Assembly (NCBI GenBank): GCA_049975585.1
Contig: JBNGEB010000002.1
Coordinates: 1-46,079 of the forward strand
Length of the DNA stretch: 46,079 bases
Reading direction: 5' to 3'
From: Anaerolineae bacterium
Lineage (GTDB): Bacteria > Chloroflexota > Anaerolineae > UBA1429
Shown here: positions 34,855 to 43,970 of the stretch, piece after piece
How the letters are laid out: every line of letters begins with the position of its first letter
How positions within the stretch are numbered: position 1 is the first letter of the stretch
Notes under the pieces: generated by a model
Told to the model about the DNA's origin: nothing
The model's database searches: none
What the model saw: the letters and a program-made list of their open reading frames with translations, nothing else
Translations under genes and position numbers: made by a program

Positions 34855-36198
34855 GTGATCGCCAGGGATCTCGATCGGCACATGCGCTCGGTGGGGACGT
34901 GGGTGGCGTGGGATGATGGAACGTGCGATGGCTTCAAGTACGGCGATCCCGACACCCCTGTGGAGGGCATCGCCGTGGCCTGGCAATCCACCCTATCCGC
35001 GCTGAGAGAAGCCCGCGCACGTGGTTGTAACCTCTTTGTGACGCACGAGCCCACGTTCTATGCGCATATGGATGACGACGCGGAGCTGCTGAATTCGGGA
35101 CCGGCCCTCACCAAGAAGGCATTCCTGGACGATGCAGGGATCATCGTCTACCGATGTCATGACGTCTGGGACGTTATAGAGGGCGCGGGCGTCATCGATC
35201 GGTGGGTGGCGCATCTGGACCTCGGGCCGATGGTGGCGAGCGATCGCTACCATCGCATCATCGAGGTGCCTACGGTGACTGCATGGGAGCTAGCCAGCCA
35301 GGTTGGACAGCGGGTGAAGGCGCTCGATGAGCAGGCCTTGGCCTTTGTGGGCGAGCGCGGGACCATGGTGCATCGTCTGGGCGTAGGCACGGGAGCGATC
35401 ACAGATGTCCGCAAGATGGTGGAGCTGGGCGCCGATGCTGTTCTTGTCACCGATGACGGCGTGTTGCTGTGGCGTGAGGGCGCTTGGTTGGCCGATCGCG
35501 GGATCCCAGCGATGGTCGTGAACCACACCACGGCAGAGATCCCCGGGCTATTGGGTTTGGTGGAGCATCTGCGTCACACCTTTCAGGGCGTGCCGGTTTG
35601 CTTGGTGGGGCGCCGTTGTGGCTATGAGGTACTTAGCAGTGAGGGTAACCGGATGCAGCTCATTCGGATGCGCAGGGATACCCTGGATGATCTGCCGCCT
35701 ATCGATCTCCCAGAGGGCTACCGGCTGGTGCCCATGGGCGAAGATGAGGTGGACGCCTACCTGAAGGTGGTCAACGAGTCGCTCTTTGCAGGCGAGATTG
35801 GTGAGTCATGGTTCAACCGAACCTTCCGAGACGATCCCCTCTATCACCCTGCCCACATCCAGCTCATCTGGCATGGCGACACGCCGGTGGCGGGGGCAGC
35901 CGCTTGGCACAACACGGTAGATGGGGAACCCTATGGCATGGTGCATTGGGTAGGCGTGAGCCGGCAGGAGCGCGGCAAGGGCCTCGGCAAGGCTATTACC
36001 CTGGCTACGCTGCATCGGCTGAGGGAGCGAGGTTACCGTCAAGCGCTGCTGGATACCAACCCCTGGCGGCTCCAGGCGGTTGCGGCGTACATGCGACTCG
36101 GTTTCGTGCCTTGGGTCACGGGCGAAACGTCAGAGCTCTGGGAACGAACGTTGGAGGAGCTCGAACGCTGGCGGGTCACGGGGAGACCTCGTCCATAG
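34855..36198 (+). CDS. Nif3-like dinuclear-metal-centre domain fused to a C-terminal GNAT acetyltransferase
   Basis: N-terminal part: LFVTHEP, CHDVWD, VNHTTAE (NIF3-type ligand positions). C-terminal part: VGVSRQERGKGLGKAIT acetyl-CoA motif; 447 aa. Confidence 0.65.
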   Translation: MIARDLDRHMRSVGTWVAWDDGTCDGFKYGDPDTPVEGIAVAWQSTLSALREARARGCNLFVTHEPTFYAHMDDDAELLNSGPALTKKAFLDDAGIIVYRCHDVWDVIEGAGVIDRWVAHLDLGPMVASDRYHRIIEVPTVTAWELASQVGQRVKALDEQALAFVGERGTMVHRLGVGTGAITDVRKMVELGADAVLVTDDGVLLWREGAWLADRGIPAMVVNHTTAEIPGLLGLVEHLRHTFQGVPVCLVGRRCGYEVLSSEGNRMQLIRMRRDTLDDLPPIDLPEGYRLVPMGEDEVDAYLKVVNESLFAGEIGESWFNRTFRDDPLYHPAHIQLIWHGDTPVAGAAAWHNTVDGEPYGMVHWVGVSRQERGKGLGKAITLATLHRLRERGYRQALLDTNPWRLQAVAAYMRLGFVPWVTGETSELWERTLEELERWRVTGRPRP

Positions 36199-36291
36199 GT
36201 AGGCGACCTGTGTTTCAAGACAACAGGCGAGGGGTGACCGCAGAGGCATGGCTCGGACTCGAGAGACTGACAAAAAGTATCGGAGGCGATA

Positions 36292-39243
36292 GTGGGTTCT
36301 GATGAGCGAGCGGATACGAGATCACTGGCGCATGGCGCGCTGCCGGCAACGGATGCCAATGTAGTGGCTCGAGAGAAGCCGGAAAGCGCGCTGCAAGAGG
36401 CTCTGGCTCCTCAAGAGCCAGGCATCGTTCTGCTCGAAGGCGGCGACGGCATGGGCAAGACGACGCTCATGGCGCAGGTCGCGACGCGTATGAGGTGGGC
36501 GCAACGCTTCGAGCATATCGTTTACACGGGCTTTGGGGGCGGGGGTCTGGCCGAAAAGGCCCTGCGCGATTTGGCGGTCGTGTTGTTGGGAGAATCGCAT
36601 GCGCACACCAGGGAGCTCAAGGGTCGCCTTGAGGGGGCGCTCACAGAGCACCCAACGCTGATCTGCTGGGATGACATCGACGCCGTCCTTGGCGAGGGAC
36701 CCATGGCCCTATCTGACATGATGCAGCAGGAGCTGGTTGCCCTCGCTCAGCAGTTGGCAAGTCTGGGTAGCACACGCTTAGTACTGAGCTGCGCTCGCCG
36801 GCCCGCCCAAGCTTTCCTCGCCAGTAGTGGTGTCCAACGCGTCAAGGTTGGCGGGCTTGCCCCCGAAGAGGCCATAGATCTTTGGAAGCAGTGGGGATAC
36901 GATGACCAGGTGGCCGATGCCGATGTCGCACGTCTAGCGGATCTGCTGGGGGGCAACCCCTTGGCGCTTCGCCTGGCCAGCTATGTGGCGGGCTCGCACG
37001 GGTTGGAGATAGCCAACCAGGGCCTCGAGGAGGCGTTGCCCGGTTTCGCTCAGGGAGAGGGCAGATTGGGTAACCAAGGGCTCCATGCAGCCATGGAGGC
37101 GTGGTTGCGACGGATTCCAGATGTCCACAGCGAGGCATTGGCAGCCCTTGGCGTATTTGTGCAAGGCTTTGTAGCCAATCTCCCGGCCCTCGTAGGGGAT
37201 ACGCCGAACGATACCTGGGCGAAAGCTCTCGGCCTCCTGGTGCGCTCTGGCCTGGCCCGCACGTATCCGGTAGAAGGGCTCAAGGTCCCGTACGTACGCG
37301 TGCACCATGCGCTCCTGGATCATTTGGCGCGCCGCCTGGACCAGACGGAGGCTGCGAGACTGAGGAGCCGATACGCTGGCAACTATATGGGACTGGTCAA
37401 GTGGATGATCAAGAACCGCGACCGCGCAGCCGAGGCGGTAAGCAACCTGCGTCGATACGAAATGCCCAATCTGCGATGCATCCTGCCGCTCCTGATTGGC
37501 AGTGGCGAGATGGGCATGGCCCGCGAGTTCACGCGGGATATGGCTGATCTTTTGCAGGATGATGGGCTTCCACGGGAGGCGGGCCTCGTCCGAGAGGCCA
37601 TCGGTCGAGCCATTTCCCAGCTCTTGCAGCGGCAGGGACCCTTGTCGCGACCGGAGGTGAATCTCCTTATCGGCGAGGCGGATAGCCTCATCGACAACCG
37701 TCGCTTTGGGGAAGCGGGCATGCTGTTGCATCAAGCGTGTGACCGCTTCCGTGACGAGAAGGGCATCTCCTATAGCGGGCCGACCGCTACCTACGATCAC
37801 GCCAGGGCTTGTCGTAGGCTCGGCCATGCGCTCAGTGCGCTGCACCAAGCCGATTTGGCCCTATCCCCTCTGGTGCAAGCGGAGGAGCTGCTTGGCAAGC
37901 TTCAGGGGCAGAAAGCCATTAGCGAGGAGGTCGTGGATCTTGCTCTGGATCTAGCTCCTCTCTACGCCAGCCGTGACCAGGCTGACAAGGCGCGAGACCT
38001 GCTGGAACGGGCGCTCCCACTGGCTCAGCAAGCCAAGCGGCACGAGGACGTCGCACGCTTGCGCCAGCAGCTCGCAGCGGGGGCCCTGCGTGCCGAGGAC
38101 ACGAATCTGGCCGAGGAGCATCTACGAGCGGCCCTTGAGGCCCTGAACGAAGGGGGCGCGGCACCTGAGGCTGAGGCCGCGTTGCGGGATCAGCTTGCTG
38201 GCATCGCAGTGCAGCGCGACGATCCGGATAGCGCCATTCAACTGCTAGAGCGAGCAGTCGCCTTGTACCGGGAACGGGAGAACCGTCCCGCTGAGGCGTC
38301 AGCTCTGGTTAGGCTAGGGGGACTGCTGCGGGAGCGGGGAGAGTTTTCGGAGGCCGAGGCCCATCTGTCACGAGCAGCCGGCCTATACCAGGAAGCCAAC
38401 CAGCATTCTGCCTTGGCGACAGTAGAGCTGGATCTGGCGCAGGTTCTTGTGGATCAAGGCAGGTCCGCGGAAGCTCGCGTGCACGCCGAGGCTGCTCGAG
38501 TCCTTTTGGAGGAACGCAAGGTTCGCGGCCCCCTCTGGCAAGCCTACGCGCTTCTTGAGCAGTTGGACGGGGATGCCGGCGATTCCGAGGCCTCCAAACG
38601 TTGGCACCGTTTGGCCATCGAAGCCTTTGCGGCATCCAGCTCAGCGCGGGCCCTGGCAGCGCAGTGGGGACCGTTGTTGAACGGTCTAGTCCGCGCCTCT
38701 CACGGTCAGGCGCTCGACAATGATATCGTCTTGGTCCTGGAAGAGATGGAGCAGGATGACGAATGGCGAGATACGGTCGACGTCTTCTGGCGCGTTCTGA
38801 GTGGCGAGCGCGGGGATGATCTTTATCAGGATCTAGGTGTTCGGCAAGCCGCGCTGGTCAAGGCGCTCCTGGCGGGCATCGAGGCGCATGAGCCGGAGAA
38901 GCAAGCTCACGACGAGGAACGCGCTCCGGCCGCCGAGGGTCAAGCCCAGCCGAGAGGTGCTGGTATCCCCCGCGAGGTGCAGGCAACGATCCAGCGGGTG
39001 TTTGTAGCCGTCATGCAGGCCATTCGAGGCGACCCCAATGCCCAGTTCGTGGCTGGCATGCTGCTTGGAACGCTGCAGCAAAAGGGCAGCCCTGAGCTGA
39101 TGGCCAAGTATGCACATGCCATGGAACGTATCCTGGCCGGCGAACGAGATCCTGCCCTGGCTCAGGGGCTACCTCAGGGGCTAGCAGAGCCGGTCCGCAC
39201 GCTGCTTGGAGCGCTGGAAAAGGGTCCTTCGCTGAGCGGATAG
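36292..39243 (+). CDS. STAND NTPase: NB-ARC-like ATPase with TPR repeats and a non-repeat C-terminal region
   Basis: Walker A GGDGMGKTT, Walker B LICWDDID, LVLSCARRP, GLAPEEAIDLW and GGNPLAL (the NB-ARC motif order). Ala/Leu/Arg-rich TPR-like repeats follow. GTG start after GGAGG. Confidence 0.7.
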   Translation: MGSDERADTRSLAHGALPATDANVVAREKPESALQEALAPQEPGIVLLEGGDGMGKTTLMAQVATRMRWAQRFEHIVYTGFGGGGLAEKALRDLAVVLLGESHAHTRELKGRLEGALTEHPTLICWDDIDAVLGEGPMALSDMMQQELVALAQQLASLGSTRLVLSCARRPAQAFLASSGVQRVKVGGLAPEEAIDLWKQWGYDDQVADADVARLADLLGGNPLALRLASYVAGSHGLEIANQGLEEALPGFAQGEGRLGNQGLHAAMEAWLRRIPDVHSEALAALGVFVQGFVANLPALVGDTPNDTWAKALGLLVRSGLARTYPVEGLKVPYVRVHHALLDHLARRLDQTEAARLRSRYAGNYMGLVKWMIKNRDRAAEAVSNLRRYEMPNLRCILPLLIGSGEMGMAREFTRDMADLLQDDGLPREAGLVREAIGRAISQLLQRQGPLSRPEVNLLIGEADSLIDNRRFGEAGMLLHQACDRFRDEKGISYSGPTATYDHARACRRLGHALSALHQADLALSPLVQAEELLGKLQGQKAISEEVVDLALDLAPLYASRDQADKARDLLERALPLAQQAKRHEDVARLRQQLAAGALRAEDTNLAEEHLRAALEALNEGGAAPEAEAALRDQLAGIAVQRDDPDSAIQLLERAVALYRERENRPAEASALVRLGGLLRERGEFSEAEAHLSRAAGLYQEANQHSALATVELDLAQVLVDQGRSAEARVHAEAARVLLEERKVRGPLWQAYALLEQLDGDAGDSEASKRWHRLAIEAFAASSSARALAAQWGPLLNGLVRASHGQALDNDIVLVLEEMEQDDEWRDTVDVFWRVLSGERGDDLYQDLGVRQAALVKALLAGIEAHEPEKQAHDEERAPAAEGQAQPRGAGIPREVQATIQRVFVAVMQAIRGDPNAQFVAGMLLGTLQQKGSPELMAKYAHAMERILAGERDPALAQGLPQGLAEPVRTLLGALEKGPSLSG

Positions 39244-39337
39244 TGGCGTTGACAGATCGCGAGTTGTCCCTGCGGTGATTCCGGCTATAATCGATCCTGG
39301 TTCGCAAAAACGGTCAGCCGTAGGCTTGGAGGAATGA

Positions 39338-39877
39338 ATGCACACACTGGTTATCGCACGTGACCGTTCGCGCGTGCTGCGAGTCGCAGCCGTGTTGCTC
39401 TGTGGCTTGGCTACGGCGCTCTCTGCGCGGGTGGCCATCCCGTTGCCGTTCACACCTGTCCCGCTGACGTTACAGGTCTTGGTCGTGCTCCTGAGTGGCC
39501 TCGTCCTAGGGGCTCGAGGGGGCTTTCTGGCGCAGGCTGCCTACCTGCAGATGATCCTGCTTGGCGCGCCGCTAACGGCTGCAGGCTTGGGTGGCCCGGC
39601 GGCTTTCGTATCGCCGACGGCGGGCTATTTGTGGGCGTTCCCTGTCGCGGCGGCGCTGGCTGGCTTGGTGGTGGAACGCTATGGTCGTAGCTTGGGCGTT
39701 CACCTTCTCGCTGGGCTGGCCGGCCTTGGCGCCATCTATGCGGGTGGACTCGTCTGGCTGACGGTCTATACTGGGAGTCTCCAGCAAGCATGGCGCTTGG
39801 GCGTGGTGCCGTTTGTCGTAGCCGATGCGCTCAAGGTGACGCTGGCCGGATCCTTGCTAGCGGCTTCTAGGCGCTAG
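39338..39877 (+). CDS. bioY: biotin transporter BioY (ECF S-component)
   Basis: IPLPFTPVPLTLQVLVVLLSGLVLG motif; 179 aa. No bioMN adjacent. Confidence 0.85.
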   Translation: MHTLVIARDRSRVLRVAAVLLCGLATALSARVAIPLPFTPVPLTLQVLVVLLSGLVLGARGGFLAQAAYLQMILLGAPLTAAGLGGPAAFVSPTAGYLWAFPVAAALAGLVVERYGRSLGVHLLAGLAGLGAIYAGGLVWLTVYTGSLQQAWRLGVVPFVVADALKVTLAGSLLAASRR

Positions 39878-39897
39878 CGGTCACGACTGCGTGATAC

Positions 39898-39923
39898 CCC
39901 TCCGCCCTGCTCACAGCGGAGGG
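39898..39923. terminator. hairpin between convergent bioY and the XRE gene
   Basis: CCCTCCGC (39898-39905) pairs with GCGGAGGG (39916-39923) across a 10-nt loop. Confidence 0.45.
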
Positions 39924-39936
39924 CTTGCTGTGCGAT

Positions 39937-40182
39937 CTAGTCCTGGCTGCGTTTCCGAGAGGGTGAGAGAAGCGCAAAGCCGATGGCCTGGCGCATTTCG
40001 GGGAACTCGCGCAGGGCTGCCATCAGCACGCCAATGCCCACGGAGCGCTGATCGCTGTAGATCATAGACAGGTGCCCAGGACTGATCCGAAGCTTGATCG
40101 CCATCCCTCGCAAACTGTAGCCCCGCTGATCTTGGATGCGATGCAGGGTTGCGGCAACCAGCTTGGCCAGATCGAGATCCAC
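39937..40182 (-). CDS. XRE-family helix-turn-helix transcriptional regulator (81 aa)
   Basis: HTH GYSLRGMAIKLRISPGHLSMIYSDQRS. Start placed at GTG 40182, 5 nt after GGAGGA. The ORF-track start at 40326 lies upstream of the predicted promoter and LexA box. Confidence 0.7.
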   Translation of the reverse strand: MDLDLAKLVAATLHRIQDQRGYSLRGMAIKLRISPGHLSMIYSDQRSVGIGVLMAALREFPEMRQAIGFALLSPSRKRSQD

Positions 40183-40218
40183 GGTGTCCTCCGGAATCAA
40201 GGGGAATAGTGTAGGGCC

Positions 40219-40247
40219 ATAATAGAACAAACGTTCTAATCTCGCAA
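40219..40247 (-). promoter_or_regulatory. promoter TTGCGA-17-TATTAT of the XRE gene
   Basis: Minus-strand -10 at 40219-40224 and -35 at 40242-40247, about 30 nt upstream of GTG 40182. Confidence 0.5.
40223..40238. promoter_or_regulatory. LexA (SOS) operator, Cheo-box type TAGAAC-N4-GTTCTA
   Basis: Perfect 16-bp palindrome TAGAACAAACGTTCTA overlapping the -10 and spacer of the XRE promoter. Confidence 0.6.
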
Positions 40248-40447
40248 GGCACCCCATCTCGTATCTGCACAAAAAAGTGCCGCGGACGAGGCTGAAAGCC
40301 TTTACTTTCCGCGGCTTTCGCCGCATAGAGCCAGACGCTCACCGGCCGGTTTGTGTGAGCTTGGCGTTGTCCCTAGAATAGCCAAATGGATAGAGGCGCA
40401 GTCCGTGGCATTGAGAGTCCACGGCGCAGACGATAGGAGCAAGCAAC

Positions 40448-42454
40448 ATGCCGAGAGCACTGAGCAGCCACGAGCGTGAGCTGGCCGTGAACACCATCAA
40501 GATGCTGGCCGTCGACGGCGTAGAGGCGGCGGGGTGCGGACATCCTGGCCTTCCCATGGGAGCCGCCGACTATGCCTTCACCCTTTGGTACCAGTATCTT
40601 CGCTTCAACCCTGAGGATCCTGACTGGACCAACCGGGATCGCTTTGTGCTGTCGGCTGGTCACGGGTCGATGCTTCTCTACGCCCTGCTGCATTTGGCCG
40701 GCTATGACCTGTCCCTGGACGATCTCCGCAACTTTCGCCAGTGGGGCAGCAAGACGCCTGGCCATCCCGAGTACGGCCTGACCCCAGGCGTGGAGACGAC
40801 CACGGGGCCGTTAGGCCAGGGCTTTGCCAACGGGGTTGGCATGGCCATCGCCGCCAAGATGGCCGCCGCTCGCTACAACACGAGCCAAGACACCATCGTC
40901 GATCACTATGTCTATGGCATCGTCAGCGACGGCGATCTCATGGAGGGCGTCGCCTCGGAAGCGGCTTCGCTGGCCGGGCACCTCAAGCTTGGCAACATCA
41001 TCTACTTTTACGACGACAATCGCATCTCCATTGAGGGCTCCACGGAGCTCGCCTTCACCGAGGATCGCGGCAAGCGGTTTGAGGCGTACGGCTGGCAGGT
41101 CCTGTATATTGACGGCCATGACGGGCAGGCCGCAGCCAAAGCCATCGAGGCCGCGCAAGCCGATACGGAGCGACCCACGCTGATCGTGGCGCGTACCCAT
41201 ATTGGCAAGGGCAGTCCGAACATGGTTGACTCGGCGGAGGTTCACGGCGCGGCTCTTGGCGAGGAGGAGACCAGGGCCACAAAGGAGAACCTGGGCTGGC
41301 CTTTGGAGCCCAGCTTTTACGTGCCCGATGAGGTGCGAGTGCTGTGGCGTGAGCGCGTCGCTGAACTCAAGCAAGAGTACGCTGCTTGGCAGGCAAACTT
41401 GGCGCGCTGGGAGGAGAAGAATCCTTCTCTTGCCACCGAGCGACGTGCCGCTCTGGCCAAGGAGCTTCCGGCTGGTCTGGAAGAGGAGCTTCTGGGTGCC
41501 ATCACCAAGCCGAATGCCACGCGGCGCATGAGCGGTCAGGTCATTCAAAAGATCGCCGAACTGATCCCGCACGTGGTGGGTGGTTCGGCCGACCTGGCGC
41601 CGTCCACTTCGACATGGATGGATACATCGCCTGCTTTTGGGCCTGATACGCCTGAGGGACGAAACCTGCACTTTGGCGTGCGCGAGCATGCCATGGGCTC
41701 TATCCTGAACGGCATGGCATTGTACGGAGGTTGGATCCCGTTCGGTGCCACGTTCCTTGTCTTTGCTGACTACTGCCGGCCTCCCATCCGCTTGGCGAAC
41801 CTGATGGGCGCTCAGGTGGTGTACATCTTTACGCACGACAGCGTCTTTGTGGGAGAGGACGGCCCAACCCATCAGCCGGTGGAGCAGATCTCCTCGCTGC
41901 GCGTCATCCCTGGCATGGTGGACCTGCGCCCAGCGGACGGGCCGGAGGTCGCGCAAGCATGGTTCTATGCCTTGCAGCACACCCAGGGTCCCTCGGCTAT
42001 GTTCCTTACCCGCCAAGGCGTGCCCGCGCTCGAGCGGGATGAGCCTCTGACGGCAGAGACGTTCGCCAAGGGAGCCTATGCGCTCAGCGATAGTGAAGGC
42101 GATCCCGACGTGGTGCTCATCGCCACGGGCTCAGAGGTGCAGCTCGCGGTAGCGGCCGCCGAGGCCCTGCGGGATGCCAGCATCGCAGCCCGCGTGGTCT
42201 CTATGCCGTCCCGCAACCTGTTCATGGCCCAAGACGTCGCTTTCCGAGAGGCCCTTCTACCGATCGGCTCGCGCAAAGTGGTGATTGAGGCGGGATGTCG
42301 ATTCGGGTGGGGCGACGTCGTTGGGGCGGACGCGCTGTTCATCACCCAAGACGAGTTTGGACACTCGGCGCCCAATACGGTGCTAGCAGAGAAGCTCGGA
42401 TTTACGCCGGACGCTGTGACCGAGCGCATCAAGGATTGGCTGGGGTTGGCCTAG
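40448..42454 (+). CDS. tkt: transketolase
   Basis: [22 protein letters not shown] and GEDGPTHQP motifs; 668 aa. Confidence 0.95.
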   Translation: MPRALSSHERELAVNTIKMLAVDGVEAAGCGHPGLPMGAADYAFTLWYQYLRFNPEDPDWTNRDRFVLSAGHGSMLLYALLHLAGYDLSLDDLRNFRQWGSKTPGHPEYGLTPGVETTTGPLGQGFANGVGMAIAAKMAAARYNTSQDTIVDHYVYGIVSDGDLMEGVASEAASLAGHLKLGNIIYFYDDNRISIEGSTELAFTEDRGKRFEAYGWQVLYIDGHDGQAAAKAIEAAQADTERPTLIVARTHIGKGSPNMVDSAEVHGAALGEEETRATKENLGWPLEPSFYVPDEVRVLWRERVAELKQEYAAWQANLARWEEKNPSLATERRAALAKELPAGLEEELLGAITKPNATRRMSGQVIQKIAELIPHVVGGSADLAPSTSTWMDTSPAFGPDTPEGRNLHFGVREHAMGSILNGMALYGGWIPFGATFLVFADYCRPPIRLANLMGAQVVYIFTHDSVFVGEDGPTHQPVEQISSLRVIPGMVDLRPADGPEVAQAWFYALQHTQGPSAMFLTRQGVPALERDEPLTAETFAKGAYALSDSEGDPDVVLIATGSEVQLAVAAAEALRDASIAARVVSMPSRNLFMAQDVAFREALLPIGSRKVVIEAGCRFGWGDVVGADALFITQDEFGHSAPNTVLAEKLGFTPDAVTERIKDWLGLA

Positions 42455-42473
42455 TCAGGATAGGCTTTGCTCG

Positions 42474-42509
42474 AGGGGCGTGCCTGATAGGGTACGCCCC
42501 TTATCGTTT
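42474..42509. terminator. bidirectional intrinsic terminator between tkt and the MFS gene
   Basis: AGGGGCGT (42474-42481) pairs with ACGCCCCT (42494-42501), followed by TATCGTTT. Confidence 0.55.
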
Positions 42510-42516
42510 GAGTGCC

Positions 42517-43869
42517 CTAGTTGCTCGATTGCGGCTGCCGGACGACGATTCGCCAAAAGGCTAGTCCACCAATAACGCGGAAAACGGTGATGATATAGAA
42601 AGCACTAACGATACTCGTCAGATCCGCCAGAAGCGTGCCGAGCATGGGCGCCACAAAGGCTGCCAGGTTTGCCAACATGCTGTCGGCGGCCACAAAGGGC
42701 GGGCGATTGTCCTCGGGCGAGACCTCGAACAGCAGGCCCCCTAGGTAGATATTCATTCCCGCGCTAAAGATGCCGCCAACCACAGCGGGCACCAACAACA
42801 TGGCCGGTGTGCGCGAGAGTCCGGTCGTCAGCGGATAGAGCGCCGTGCCCAGACAGCTCAGCCAGAGCTTGCTGCGGAAGTCAGGCTTGGTGAGAAGCTT
42901 GCCAAGGGCAAAATAACTGATTACGCTGACAGCATTCTGCAACGTGAGCAGAACGGCCACCCACGCGTCAGACGACCCTAGCGTGCGAACGCGGTAGATG
43001 GTGTACAAGGCTTGGGGCATGGCCAAGCCAAGCCGGAAGATCAGAGACGCCACGGCATAGCCGTGAAATGCCGGCGTCTCCTTGATGAGCTCTACCATCT
43101 GACCGAGCCGAAGGCGGGTGGGGCGGGGGGTGCTGGAAGGTGGTGGGGCATCCTCGGGCATCCGCAGCTTGGAGAGCAAATAGATGCTGATGAGGCCGGC
43201 CACAAACCCGGCCACAAAGAGCACCTGGTAGTTCACAGGGTACGGGGCATAGTCTAGCCACTGCCCGGCGAGAAAGCCAAACATCGTGGCTGCCACGCCA
43301 TTGATGGCCAGCCGCAGGCTCAGTATGCGCGGACGCTGATCCGCGGGGGTCACGATGCCCAAGACTGTGGTGAACGACACGTTGGAGACCGTTCCAGGGA
43401 TGGCCATGAGCGTACGGGCCCCGACCAGCACATAACCTGCGATGTCTGCTGGCAACAGTGGCAGCAGGGCGAACATGCCCATCATCCCGCGGAAAACGAA
43501 CCGCCCCCAGTTTGCTGTAGCCACGAGCGAACGCTGGCGCTGTACAAAGGACGCCACGGGCATGGCTGTGACGATGACTGCCAGCGCTGGGAGTGAGGAG
43601 TAGAGGCCTACCAGCCAGTTGGGTGCCCCCAGCCGTACCAGATAGACGCCCACGAACGCCAGGACGCCGCTGGCGAGGATCGCCTGGAAGAAAGTCTCGG
43701 CGTAGAGGATACGCTCATTGTAGGGAAGCCTGGCGAGACGCGCGCCAGCCTGCCGGATGGCGTGCCCGATGGCCTGAGCAAGCGTGCGCTTGCCCCCCGT
43801 GGTGGGCGGCAGGGTCACGTCGCTGGCTGAGCTGCCCTGGCTTTCTGGCGACGCGCTCTGTGTCTCCAT
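42517..43869 (-). CDS. MFS transporter
   Basis: 450 aa, about 12 predicted TM helices, MFS-like loop between TM2 and TM3. Confidence 0.7.
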   Translation of the reverse strand: METQSASPESQGSSASDVTLPPTTGGKRTLAQAIGHAIRQAGARLARLPYNERILYAETFFQAILASGVLAFVGVYLVRLGAPNWLVGLYSSLPALAVIVTAMPVASFVQRQRSLVATANWGRFVFRGMMGMFALLPLLPADIAGYVLVGARTLMAIPGTVSNVSFTTVLGIVTPADQRPRILSLRLAINGVAATMFGFLAGQWLDYAPYPVNYQVLFVAGFVAGLISIYLLSKLRMPEDAPPPSSTPRPTRLRLGQMVELIKETPAFHGYAVASLIFRLGLAMPQALYTIYRVRTLGSSDAWVAVLLTLQNAVSVISYFALGKLLTKPDFRSKLWLSCLGTALYPLTTGLSRTPAMLLVPAVVGGIFSAGMNIYLGGLLFEVSPEDNRPPFVAADSMLANLAAFVAPMLGTLLADLTSIVSAFYIITVFRVIGGLAFWRIVVRQPQSSN

Positions 43870-43970
43870 CGAGGTTCTAGGTCACGGTGCAGTTCGCATC
43901 GTACCACGCCAAGCTAGCGACATCCATCGGCCGCTCTCCTGTCTGTTGAATCCTGGTCGCTGGCGAGACG

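Noticed and set aside
39937-40326. 129-aa form of the XRE gene.
   Set aside because: It would place the promoter hexamers and the LexA palindrome inside the coding sequence. A GTG with a strong GGAGGA RBS sits just downstream of them.
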